A stretch of DNA of 64,000 bases, taken from the NCBI GenBank assembly GCA_049512075.1, contig JBEKXL010000001.1:96001-160000 (forward strand). The letters are read 5' to 3'. How positions within the stretch are numbered: the stretch's first letter is position 1; every line of letters begins with the position of its first letter. Below, one piece after another: positions 21,884-31,784 of the stretch. The position numbers and the translations under genes are program-made. This DNA comes from Candidatus Bathyarchaeia archaeon (GTDB taxonomy: Archaea > Thermoproteota > Bathyarchaeia > Bathyarchaeales > Bathycorpusculaceae). Under the pieces are notes generated by a model. The model ran no database searches. It was not told where the DNA came from and saw only the letters and a list, made by a program, of their open reading frames with translations.

Positions 21884-22621
21884 ATGACGCGGGTCAGGAA
21901 CAGCTCTTTTAGGGAACGCCGCGAAACAGTCATAGGAGATACCGAACTGAGCAAAGCATTGGAACAAGCTAATGCCATAGATAACGAGTATTTCCGGCTG
22001 CGAGCTCTCGCCGTTCTCTCTTTGTTGCGGCTTTCTGGAAAGCGGAGAACTGAAATCTCTTGGGTCCAGCTTGAAAACTTCAAAGCGGAAAACGATTTGT
22101 TGACTGTCACGTTTACGCTGGAAAAGAAGAAGCGGAAACACAAGAAATGCCCAAACTGCAACACCAAAAACTCGAGCACCGCCTCTTTCTGCAAGAACTG
22201 TGGTTCAGATACCTCAAGGATTCCCGTTGCCTTCACATCCAAACAAGCCAAAGCGCTCAAGGCTTTTCCACTCACGGACCCATTAACCCAGAATATCCTG
22301 AAATATCTAAGCTATCTGCACTCCCTAAAACCTTTTCCCAAGTTCTGGTTGCCTTCAGGCAAAAACGTGTTCGGAAACTACATCATCATTCCAAATCAGC
22401 ATTTGAGCGACCGGGAAGTCTTCAACATAGTGAGAGATTCAAGCGAAACTATATGGCCGCACTTGTTCCGTGAGACTGTTGCCAGTGACATAGTCAAACA
22501 AGATAACAGTATAATAGCAGCCTTCAAGGTTCAAAAACGGTTGGATCTCGAAGACATGAGAACCGGCTTCAATTATATGCAGAGGTTCGCGAAGGATATT
22601 ATCAATCGCGAAACAAGATAA
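21884..22621 (+). CDS. Short tyrosine recombinase/integrase with inserted Zn ribbon
   Basis: SGKRRTEI (catalytic R), EKK, CPNC..CKNC insert, HLFR (HxxR), GFNY (catalytic Y). Confidence 0.75.
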   Translation: MTRVRNSSFRERRETVIGDTELSKALEQANAIDNEYFRLRALAVLSLLRLSGKRRTEISWVQLENFKAENDLLTVTFTLEKKKRKHKKCPNCNTKNSSTASFCKNCGSDTSRIPVAFTSKQAKALKAFPLTDPLTQNILKYLSYLHSLKPFPKFWLPSGKNVFGNYIIIPNQHLSDREVFNIVRDSSETIWPHLFRETVASDIVKQDNSIIAAFKVQKRLDLEDMRTGFNYMQRFAKDIINRETR

Positions 22622-22667
22622 CCCTATAACGACGATATCTCCCGCAACTCCCTTTTTCCAATGAACT

Positions 22668-25600
22668 CTATTTCCCAAGCGGAAGGTCGAGCTTGGTTTC
22701 TTCGATTTTCACGCTAGAGTCCTGCATGGCTACCACCTTTTCAAGATAATGCAGAAGTGGTTGTCTAGTTATCACAGGCATCTTCTGATTCTTCAGTGTT
22801 GAAACTAGGACTCGAATCAACCTATGTGCGGCGACAGCGTCTCCACCAGAGGGTAATGAGTCTATGAGATATTCCCACGCTAGTGCTTCTTCCTGACTTC
22901 CACACTTCTCCATCTCCCGGATAATCCAATCGACGTCTTCTGTGTTGAGCTTTGAAAACCTTAGCATTCTGATTCCAGCGATCCTCATTTTCGGATTTGT
23001 CTCAATCAGTCGCTTCATCGTGACTTGCCCAACAGTCAAATGAACACTAGCGAGCACCGAAAAGATATCTTGTTGGGATTTGGCTAATGCGCTGATGATC
23101 TTGACCGCTCCCAGAATCGTATTTGAATCGCCATACGTGTAATCACAATTAACGATTTCCTCAATAAGTGGGAGATAATCGAGTCCGGCTTGAGGAACTG
23201 GTAACTCGATTTCAGCTCTACCTATTGTTTCCAAGATCAACTGCGTCTTCTCCCGCACTGATCTGTTCTCTCTTTTGAGCATCATGAACAAGAAGATGAG
23301 GATATGGATTTGAGTTTGGACATCTTGAACACGAATCGATGCTATTGACTCTATCATCTTGTTCAGCAATTGAGAGATTTGTCTATCTGTCTCCCATCGT
23401 TCGTACAGGAGGCTCTTGGTGAGTGCGAAGGCTTCTGAACAATTCTTCGCCTCCACAATCTGTTTTTCTATCGTGCGAAGGATTTTTAGAACATTTTTTC
23501 CCTCAAGTACTCCAGCGTGCGTTTTGGACATGATTCGTGCTGCTTCAACTGGCTTTGCTCTCGAGAGCTCAGTAACCCAGCGAATGATATCATTGGTATC
23601 TTGTAACGAGGTGCATCTCTCGAGTCTAGCGAGAAAAGTCAGCAAGAACGGTTTCACGTTAGATATGCGTCTTGTCCAATCCAGTATGAAATCCGCAGCC
23701 CAACTCGCGTCTTTGTTTGATTGCTTGAAGAATTCAGCAAAGCTAGGGAGCAGTTTATACGAGTCAGGAAGCGACGTCAGGGTTAGAACCCACAAACACA
23801 CTCGCAAGTCAAGCAGGACATCTTGTTGATTGATAACAGAAGAGATAGTTGCGATTTTGGTGTTCATTCTGGACAACGTCTTCTCGATCACAGGGTTGTT
23901 CTGATAGCGTTCCTGAAATGGCTCACTTGATTGTCCAGAAGTCATCATTGAGTTGACAGTGTTTAGGATAAGAGCAAAAGATCTCAGCAAAGATAATGCT
24001 GTCCACATCTGCTCCTTCCTGGTGCCCAAGATGATGGAAATGCCTTCAGGGTGGCGGGTGCCATCGCCTAGGGTAACAGACCAGCGGAAGAAACTCGAGA
24101 ACACAATGTGAAGCAGGGCTTCTATCTGCTGATCGCTAATGATGGATTGCAAAAGGCAGGATTTCATGTATTCTGGGTCATCGAAACAGTATCTCGCGAA
24201 GATTTGGGCGAAAGCCATGGGAGTAAGTTTTGGCACTATTTTTGGAAGCCGTTGAGAGAGCCATGGAGGTGGTGCCCTGAATTGCAGGCATTTTTCAACT
24301 GCCCATATTGCCTGCTGCAAATCCTCTGATTGAAGGCTAGAATCTAGTCTGTCAAGTAGTTCATCATTAATATGCGCAGCAAGGAAGTACATGTCCATAA
24401 CTGATTCTAATGAGGCGGGCTGTGCTTTGAGTAGTTTTTCTTTGAGTACTGGTTGAAGATGATCGATTATATCTTCAGCTGGGAGTTTCTGAATGGCGCT
24501 GATCGTGCCATATCTAGCGATGCTGAAGTCATCATCTAGTATTGACATGCAGAATTCGATCATAGTTCTCTGAAGGTTACGGTTAGGGCCAAAGCTGCGA
24601 TCAGCTGCCAGTTCCAGTCCCAAACGTGCACCTCTGCGCAGAAAACAGTCAGGAGGATGTCTATCTATATTCCTACAGACCTCAATGATGTTTGCTGCTT
24701 CGCCACTATATAGACGCCCTACTCGTCCTGCAAAGAACAACGCTACGTTATGCCAGTAGGGCAAAGGGGCTATCGCTTCGAAACGTTCAAATCGTTGCGT
24801 ACTGTCTTCGGCCGTGTCAGTCAAGTGACCGGCCGCGAAAAATTCTTGAAGAGATCTGAGTTCAAAACCAAAAAACCCTGGTTCCATTTCCACAATTAGC
24901 ACAAGCCTCTCCCTAGCCTCGCTTACTATTTGTTCCAGAATAGGATCGAGTTTACTTTGAGCAGAGAATGGGTCCTTGGACTTCAGATAAAGGAGAACTT
25001 GGTTCTTGAATTCTTTTTCGTTCAGAGCTGCCCGGATGTTCTGATTGCCTGTGGCTCTGCTTTGCATGATGTATCCCAAGTACCTGTGCAGGCCAAAAAG
25101 CAGTTGCTTCTCGGTCTGGATAATCCATTTTGCCTTGGCTTTCTCTCTTTTGTATATTACTTCAAGATACTCATCAAAGAGAGCCTCTCGCTGCCTAGGA
25201 GGTGTTCCTCCAGACAGAATAATCAAAATCAGTATCGTTACTTGGAGTGGCGTATTCATTAGAAACTGAATCCGAGGGTCATCTAGGCATTCCTCGATAG
25301 TTTTTTCTAGCATCTTTGCCTTTTCTTCCTCTAGGAGTTTAGCAGTCACCCATCGCTGAGTGTATTCGACGGCTCTTGCCCTGCTTATGTTTGCCAAATG
25401 AACGTGCAGGAATTCGGTCGGATCGAAATAACCAGAGTAGCCTGTCGGCCGTGACGTTCCTAGCACTTGAATATCTGCCTTCAAAGCTTGTTCAGAACGC
25501 GACAGGAACTCCTTGATTCGGTCAAGAATTCTTGTTCGTAATTGGCGATCTGTGACTTCATCAAGTCCATCAAGAATCAGAAGACATGGATTTGTCTTCA

Positions 25601-26849
25601 GGATTGTCTGTACATCCTGTCCGGTAACTTCTCTTCCTGTCCTTTCGGTAATTTTGTGGGCCAGGTAAAACTCAAAGGCATCTTGTTCTTTGTCGACCAA
25701 GTCCATTATCCATTGGGCATATTCTCTCAAGATGACGCGAAATGGTACCCTCACGACGAGTGGTGTTAGTTTCGGGTCTTTTTGAATGCGACCTTGTTCA
25801 CCCAGCAACGTTGCTCGGTGGATTTGTGCGAGATATTGCCCTAAAGTTGACTTGCCTTGTCCAGGGCCACCAAGCAAAACGATCTTCTTCTTTTTTTCTG
25901 AAAGTATTATTTCCATAGCTGAAAGCGCTCTCATGGGCTCAGATACAATTCTGGGTAACTCCCAGATTATTGGGAAATTTCTGGTTTTCTGGACCGTGAT
26001 AATCGACCATAATGGTTCCAGGGTCTTTGCCTTTTCCATGAGTTCTTTCCTCGACCAGAGGATTTCACCCTTGACCAGTTGATCTATGTCTGAAAACAGG
26101 ACGTTTTTGGAGTCGAAGTCGCTTGAAATAACGTCAAGGTCGATGAAGACTTTCTGCAGAAGCAATCTTTCCTCTCCCACTTCTCCAGCTTGATCTAACT
26201 GGGTATACTGTTCCCGATATAGACATGTGCTAATGTATAGTCTGATCACATCAGCAAGTTGGTTTGGCGCGGTGGTGCCTCCCCGCATTAATTGTCCAAT
26301 CAAATCCCCTGGCGTTATGAACTGCAGGTATGAACATCTAATTTCAGGATAAAATTCAAGAAAGCGGTAGATTTCGTCCGCACCCCAAACATGGATGTTT
26401 GAAGGAACATGGTAAACTCCTTGGCGAAGTCCCCGAAATCTGGAAATAACTTGCTCAATTAGATCATGGGTTCCCCGTTCTGATACAGATGATAGAGGAA
26501 CATTCGTGATGAGTATGTAATTGTCGCATTTTCGCTTGTATTTTATGACAATCTTGTTCAACTCATGTGCTAGATCGGCAAGCACTTTGTTCCGCGCTTC
26601 TTTGCCCGTTACTAGTCGTGTGTTGTGAAACTTCACTTGGAATATCCAGTTGCCATCCCATTGTTCATATGCAGATGGATACGGAGCCCTTCCGCGAAAA
26701 GTGGCTTCCCTTCCACCGTCAGGCCCTTCTCCAAACGTGGTCGTCCCATTGCCTATTATTCCCTTCAGCAGACTCTGACACATCCGCTCGAATTCCTTCT
26801 CGCCTAGACCGTCAAGATCGTATGTTGGCATTGATGCCCCCAGTTTCAA
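22668..26849 (-). CDS. NACHT/STAND NTPase with N-terminal restriction-endonuclease-like domain (Avs/NLR-like defence protein)
   Basis: FERMC..GPDGGRE..FQVK; GGPGQGKST; LLILDGLDEV; TSRP; TPL; RSLQEFFAA; long helical C-terminus. Confidence 0.85.
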   Translation of the reverse strand: MKLGASMPTYDLDGLGEKEFERMCQSLLKGIIGNGTTTFGEGPDGGREATFRGRAPYPSAYEQWDGNWIFQVKFHNTRLVTGKEARNKVLADLAHELNKIVIKYKRKCDNYILITNVPLSSVSERGTHDLIEQVISRFRGLRQGVYHVPSNIHVWGADEIYRFLEFYPEIRCSYLQFITPGDLIGQLMRGGTTAPNQLADVIRLYISTCLYREQYTQLDQAGEVGEERLLLQKVFIDLDVISSDFDSKNVLFSDIDQLVKGEILWSRKELMEKAKTLEPLWSIITVQKTRNFPIIWELPRIVSEPMRALSAMEIILSEKKKKIVLLGGPGQGKSTLGQYLAQIHRATLLGEQGRIQKDPKLTPLVVRVPFRVILREYAQWIMDLVDKEQDAFEFYLAHKITERTGREVTGQDVQTILKTNPCLLILDGLDEVTDRQLRTRILDRIKEFLSRSEQALKADIQVLGTSRPTGYSGYFDPTEFLHVHLANISRARAVEYTQRWVTAKLLEEEKAKMLEKTIEECLDDPRIQFLMNTPLQVTILILIILSGGTPPRQREALFDEYLEVIYKREKAKAKWIIQTEKQLLFGLHRYLGYIMQSRATGNQNIRAALNEKEFKNQVLLYLKSKDPFSAQSKLDPILEQIVSEARERLVLIVEMEPGFFGFELRSLQEFFAAGHLTDTAEDSTQRFERFEAIAPLPYWHNVALFFAGRVGRLYSGEAANIIEVCRNIDRHPPDCFLRRGARLGLELAADRSFGPNRNLQRTMIEFCMSILDDDFSIARYGTISAIQKLPAEDIIDHLQPVLKEKLLKAQPASLESVMDMYFLAAHINDELLDRLDSSLQSEDLQQAIWAVEKCLQFRAPPPWLSQRLPKIVPKLTPMAFAQIFARYCFDDPEYMKSCLLQSIISDQQIEALLHIVFSSFFRWSVTLGDGTRHPEGISIILGTRKEQMWTALSLLRSFALILNTVNSMMTSGQSSEPFQERYQNNPVIEKTLSRMNTKIATISSVINQQDVLLDLRVCLWVLTLTSLPDSYKLLPSFAEFFKQSNKDASWAADFILDWTRRISNVKPFLLTFLARLERCTSLQDTNDIIRWVTELSRAKPVEAARIMSKTHAGVLEGKNVLKILRTIEKQIVEAKNCSEAFALTKSLLYERWETDRQISQLLNKMIESIASIRVQDVQTQIHILIFLFMMLKRENRSVREKTQLILETIGRAEIELPVPQAGLDYLPLIEEIVNCDYTYGDSNTILGAVKIISALAKSQQDIFSVLASVHLTVGQVTMKRLIETNPKMRIAGIRMLRFSKLNTEDVDWIIREMEKCGSQEEALAWEYLIDSLPSGGDAVAAHRLIRVLVSTLKNQKMPVITRQPLLHYLEKVVAMQDSSVKIEETKLDLPLGK

Positions 26850-27534
26850 TACTCCCAGTTTGTTCTTAGATTTTTCTGTGGAATAATTAGCAATGACGGA
26901 GGAGTCCCATCATACACAATGAAAAGGTTCTTGGATTCGAAAGCATAGTGTATTCCCTTCATCCCGTTCTTAGTTTGCTTCTCAGTTTTTCAGACACGAA
27001 AGCTTTGTGGGGCAAGGTCATTCATCGCTGCTTACGTTGTTTTCGCCGTGCCTTCTGGGGGGCTAAGTTACTGAACCGAGAACCTGATGGTTCTCTTGGT
27101 CATCATTGACCTGCGAATGTGTTTGAAAGAACGGCGTGCACTAAGTCCTTCCAAAAGCGTGCGCATGCGCCACGGCAATTCTGGCCCAAACATAGCACAT
27201 TTCCTATTATCCTATTTTAGGAAATCAGAACATCAGTACTAGAAAAGAAGCTCAATTCTTTCCTGTTTTGTTCCTCATTTAATTAAAGTTACAATGAGAG
27301 AATTGTGACTCTTGAGATGAAGTATTATCGAGAGAGACAGCGTTGTAGGCGAAGATATTGCAGGTTGAATTTTAAACGGCGCGGGCGCTGTGGCTGAACC
27401 TTTCCGTGTCGACATTGACAGATTCAACAGAAGCTAAAACGATCCATCCAAGGCTGCAAGCCTGAAAAAGCCGGGGCTATGGGTAGTGTTGTCCGTATTG
27501 ATGGGCCAGTATGACAAGGTCTGAGAGGCGCGTG

Positions 27535-28425
27535 CTAAATAAGGAATATCATGAAGATTCCCGCAACGATCATCATTGAACCCAGGGCGATCTTGGCGTT
27601 AACCTTCTCATGCAGCAGCAGAACTCCCGCAAGAGTGGAAAAGAGAGGCGTCGCCGACGATATGGGAACAGCCCGTGACTGTGGAGTGTCTATGAAACTG
27701 TAGTTAAGGAGAAACCAGCCTAATCCGAGCGCCACGATTCCGCCGACAATCAGCGTAATCACGGTTCTTTTCCTCATCTTCAAAAAACCTAAACTCCTGT
27801 CCAGAAGCGGAGCAGACACCGCTAAGGAAATCGCGATCGTGAAAACTCTAACAGCGTTGATGGCGAACGCATCGTCCAAATTCGGCGTCTCTTTCACGGC
27901 CAGACCCATCATCGCTATACTCACAGACCACAACAAAGCCGTTCCGAGAGCCACAGCCAAGCCCTTACCCAACACCTTCCTCTGTACACCCGCTTCTCCT
28001 TTTTGTTCCAAGCTCAGCAGCCACACTCCTAAAACTATTACAACAGCCCCAAGAGCCACCGACCACGTGACAGGTTCGCCAGCGAAAAGGGCAACCCATA
28101 GAAGGTTGAAAAGCGGATACGTACACGTCACGGGCACCGCCCTTGCAACGCCAATCATTCTCAGGCTAACCATGTACAGAGTATCGCCCAAACCTAGGCC
28201 GATTACACCGCTAACACCAGCAAGAACAACGACGCTCATAGGCAGCCTGGTCAGAACTCCAATCAACCCTGCAGCAACTAAGAAGACAAGCAACACGACG
28301 CTGGTAAGCGTCAAACGAACGATGTTGGCCGAAACAGGCTTTGTCTCCATCAACGCTTTTCTGTAAAGCAGAGCCGATACCGTCCAACTGACAGCCGCTC
28401 CCAGAGCCGCAAACTCGCCCATCAT
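27535..28425 (-). CDS. DMT/EamA-family transporter
   Basis: About 10 TM helices in two repeats; PLFSTLAGVLLLHEK. Confidence 0.9.
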   Translation of the reverse strand: MMGEFAALGAAVSWTVSALLYRKALMETKPVSANIVRLTLTSVVLLVFLVAAGLIGVLTRLPMSVVVLAGVSGVIGLGLGDTLYMVSLRMIGVARAVPVTCTYPLFNLLWVALFAGEPVTWSVALGAVVIVLGVWLLSLEQKGEAGVQRKVLGKGLAVALGTALLWSVSIAMMGLAVKETPNLDDAFAINAVRVFTIAISLAVSAPLLDRSLGFLKMRKRTVITLIVGGIVALGLGWFLLNYSFIDTPQSRAVPISSATPLFSTLAGVLLLHEKVNAKIALGSMMIVAGIFMIFLI

Positions 28426-28495
28426 TTTCCATAGCCTTTAGGCAAGACTCTGGTTGAAGCTGTTAAATAGCTAACGCCCAGAATAAGCTTGAACG

Positions 28496-29189
28496 GTGCT
28501 TGCATCAATGCAAACAGACGTAGCCTGGAGTGCCGATGTCCTTGCCAGCTTTCCAGAACTCGCCATATGCATCGGAACAATCACCGGAATCCACAATCAG
28601 AAAGAGAATGACAGGCTGCGCCAGCTCAAGAAAACATTGTACGAAGAAGCCAAGGCCAAATACAGCGTTGAAGGACAACCCGACAGTCAGAGCCTACAGA
28701 GACTTCTACTGGAAGCTGGACATCGACCCTACGAAAACGAGGCCCTCAGGCGAGGCCCTGCTACGCAGGGTTCTCAACGGAAACGAGTTGCCAAACATAT
28801 CCACGGCAGTCGACGCCTACAATCTGGCCTCAATGCAAACAGTAATTCCCATCAGCGGTTTCGACATATACCGGCTGAACCCACCGTTTCACATACGTTT
28901 CGCAGAGAACGAGGCAGTCACGGGAATCGGAATGGACAAACCCATGCAGCTCACAGAGAAAATGCTCATCCTAACCGACGAAGAACAGGTCCTCTGCGTC
29001 TACCCCTACCGCGATTCTGACCAAACGAAGATCACTTTGTTGACGCAGAAAGCAGTAATAATTGGATATGGAGCCCCAAGAATAGGTCAAGAACGACTCA
29101 TGGCAGCCGTCGAAAGAGCACTCGAGTACATTGAACGCGTTTCCGGCGGAGAAATCGAAACGATAAAGGCTTTTGGAAGATGCACCTAG
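28496..29189 (+). pseudogene. B3/B4 (PheRS editing-like) domain protein, frameshifted at ~28664-28671
   Basis: N-half in the 28496 frame; KDNPTVRAYRDFYWKLDIDPTKTRPSGEALLRR...YPYRDS in the 28530 frame. Confidence 0.8.
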
Positions 29190-29284
29190 TTCCTGGTGGG
29201 CACTAGTTTGGTCGCTAATTATTGAGCAAGCGCTAAGCAGTCACGCGCGCCAGCCTGTTACTAAATCGCTCGATCGATCGATGC

Positions 29285-29593
29285 GGTAAGAAAATCGCTG
29301 AGTCTGCCTACGTTTCTCAAGAGCAGTTGAGAGACGTTTACCTGAAAGCCATGCCCGGCATAGTCGTTAACGGAGCCAACAAGAACCACGCCAAGTTGGA
29401 TGAGTTGGAAGAGCAGAACAGGAAGCTTCAGGAACAGATAGGCATGTTATGGCAGACGCTAGACTCAACAATGAAAGCCTTAGAAGAGAAAGACGAGAAA
29501 CGCAAAGCAAAGATGGACGAGATACGGAAAGTCATAATGCGTGAGCGAGCACGTCGACCTAAACTAGCAAACAGTGTGTCCGAAAGCAGATGA
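29285..29593 (+). pseudogene. C-terminal remnant of a tyrosine recombinase with coiled-coil tail
   Basis: Frame reads GKKIAESAYVSQEQLRDVYLKAMP then a coiled coil; the upstream catalytic core is missing. Confidence 0.5.
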
Positions 29594-29653
29594 AAGGAAG
29601 TAAAAGCAGGAGATTCAGAACAAACTTATTAGAAGAAAGAACGGATACTCAGA

Positions 29654-30427
29654 ATGGTTTCATCAATGAGAACCAGCTCGACCATTCTAGGAAGTATCGA
29701 GGCTAACCTGAAACACGAGTTTGAAAGAATACGGAATCTAAACTACAACCAAAACACGAAAGGCTATAGCTACGAGAAAATCCTGAAGGAGTTTTATACC
29801 CAGTATCTGGGAGGCATTTTCGATTTCTATACGAGAGTTCCTCTCATAGATGCGGGACTTGAATATGAAACGATATTCGCGCCTGGGGAAAACGAGTTTG
29901 ATGTGGTCGCAACATACAGAAATGCAATGCCTAGAATGGTCCTTGAGGTTCAAGGGACTTCATTTATTCCTTATGATGCAACTGCCTTTATCACAGAAGT
30001 CAAGCAAACACTCACCAAATCAAGTCTGAAAGAGGACTTGGAAAAACTAGGAAAACTGTCTAAGATGAAGCTTGGAGGAAACGTACATCTTCCTAATGTC
30101 GCAACCCCATATTCCATTGGCAGACCTATCAGAATTCTATTGTATTACCAGAGGGAAATAGACGAGGGTGTTCTTTGGAAAATGCTGGAAGAATCGAAGG
30201 ACGTTTGCGATTTTCTTGTTATGTTCGACCAGAACAAAGCTTTTCTAAACGGTAACCTCCCAATCACAAAGAGAATAGTTGCCGACCTGAAACAAACCGA
30301 AGGGCGCTCAGCTGTGGACCAGAGTTATCCTCTATTGAAACTAATGTATTTTCTGACTTTGTCAGTAGAATATCCCATGGTAGTTAATGCGTGGGGTGTG
30401 TTTGAGAACCTCTTCAGTCGTAAATAG
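29654..30427 (+). CDS. PD-(D/E)xK nuclease-like protein (DUF6602-like)
   Basis: KGYSYEKILKEF, EFDVV, IPYDA..ITEVKQTL. Confidence 0.65.
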   Translation: MVSSMRTSSTILGSIEANLKHEFERIRNLNYNQNTKGYSYEKILKEFYTQYLGGIFDFYTRVPLIDAGLEYETIFAPGENEFDVVATYRNAMPRMVLEVQGTSFIPYDATAFITEVKQTLTKSSLKEDLEKLGKLSKMKLGGNVHLPNVATPYSIGRPIRILLYYQREIDEGVLWKMLEESKDVCDFLVMFDQNKAFLNGNLPITKRIVADLKQTEGRSAVDQSYPLLKLMYFLTLSVEYPMVVNAWGVFENLFSRK

Positions 30428-30612
30428 AAAGCTGCTTCATAAACTATGATTTAACTAAATGAGGTAGGCCAGCGCCAGCGACCTAAAAAGGAAACTTGAC
30501 ACTAAAATTGACGGATAGTCGGTTAGTCGCTACGCTGCCGTTTGGGAAGTGCATAGTGAGTAACGATTGAGAACATTCTCCAACCTTTGTCCTGCGTATT
30601 CTGCAACTTGAA

Positions 30613-31323
30613 TTATAGCTTTGGTCCTGCAATGAAACGACTTATTGCAAGTAGTGAAACTCCAACGGAAATCAGTATTAGAAATGCAATAAATTGCCAG
30701 CCGAAGATGTTTGAAGGAGTTGTCATGGTAGGGAGAAAAATGAGAACACCGAGAATCACAAACGAAACTCCTAACTGAATCGTCCAATAGACCGTCCTTT
30801 CATGTCTATTTATTGCCTTAATTTCATCAACACCTACTATTCGAGCACGTATCGCTGTTGTCTGAGGGTAACTTCCTGTCAATATCTTCATGTCTATCCT
30901 GTCTCCATGATTCATAAGAACCGGAGTAAGGCTCACTAATTGCTTTTCAATTCTGAATTTCGGTTCGAGGCACCTCCTGGATGGTTTGGCGATTTCTGCT
31001 GAAAGTATTTCGACATCGGTTCCGAAATCCAGTTCAATCGGCTTTTCGTAGTCCTTAGGTTTTATCGGTTCATTGCCTGAACACAAAAGCGTAATGGTGT
31101 TGAGATATATTTGCCTGACCTCTTTTTCGTTGAAGAATATTTTCAGCTTCTTTTTCACTGTTTCCTCCACTTTTGGCAGTACAGCAGTGCAGGACGTCAA
31201 GAAAGATAGGCCTTTACGTCGCCGACCTTTGAACCATAGAACGACTGTAATTATTATCGCTGCGACAGGTATCAAGACAGAAATAAGAGCTTGCCAAAAT
31301 TGGTTGCCTATGTTCTCGGCCAT
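30613..31323 (-). CDS. Hypothetical membrane protein
   Basis: One N-terminal and two C-terminal TM helices around a soluble domain (SGNEPI..DY..PI). Confidence 0.7.
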   Translation of the reverse strand: MAENIGNQFWQALISVLIPVAAIIITVVLWFKGRRRKGLSFLTSCTAVLPKVEETVKKKLKIFFNEKEVRQIYLNTITLLCSGNEPIKPKDYEKPIELDFGTDVEILSAEIAKPSRRCLEPKFRIEKQLVSLTPVLMNHGDRIDMKILTGSYPQTTAIRARIVGVDEIKAINRHERTVYWTIQLGVSFVILGVLIFLPTMTTPSNIFGWQFIAFLILISVGVSLLAISRFIAGPKL

Positions 31324-31784
31324 GATTTCTCCGTTTTAACAACAGGTTGTTTTCTGTCTTATAATACTTGTGCGCGCTTTGGGGTCAGCTCTTGTAAAAG
31401 AGCTTTTAATTTGAACTAGCACATTATTGGATATGGCAAGCGTGCGCGCGCTTCCTCTTTATTCCTCAAACATTGCAGCGGAATCGATCGATCGAACAAC
31501 GTCAAAATCATGGCGTAAAAATGGCATTGCCGTTTGAAGCAGTGACCGACATCGAACTGTAAAAATCTTAAAGAGTTGAAACCAAAAAAGCGTCTTGCTT
31601 CGTCAGGTTCCCGCCAACTTTGTGCTTTTGTACTCTTTCCGTTCGAACCTCCGACCGTGTTCCCATCATTTTCCAATGCAGCGGACTTCGAGCGTCTTCG
31701 ACCGTTTTGATGGGAACTTCCCATGTAGCTGACTTTCGGATTTGCGCCTCGGATTGCCCATCAACATCGGAAAGCAGGCGTAAA

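Noticed and set aside
26846-27030. Short minus-strand ORF (38 aa) overlapping the NACHT start
   Set aside because: In-frame stop upstream and no recognisable motif; possibly a gene relic, but unsupported
27450-27525. Possible C/D box sRNA (TGATGG...CTGA)
   Set aside because: The box C match is imperfect and no consistent C-D'-C'-D spacing was found
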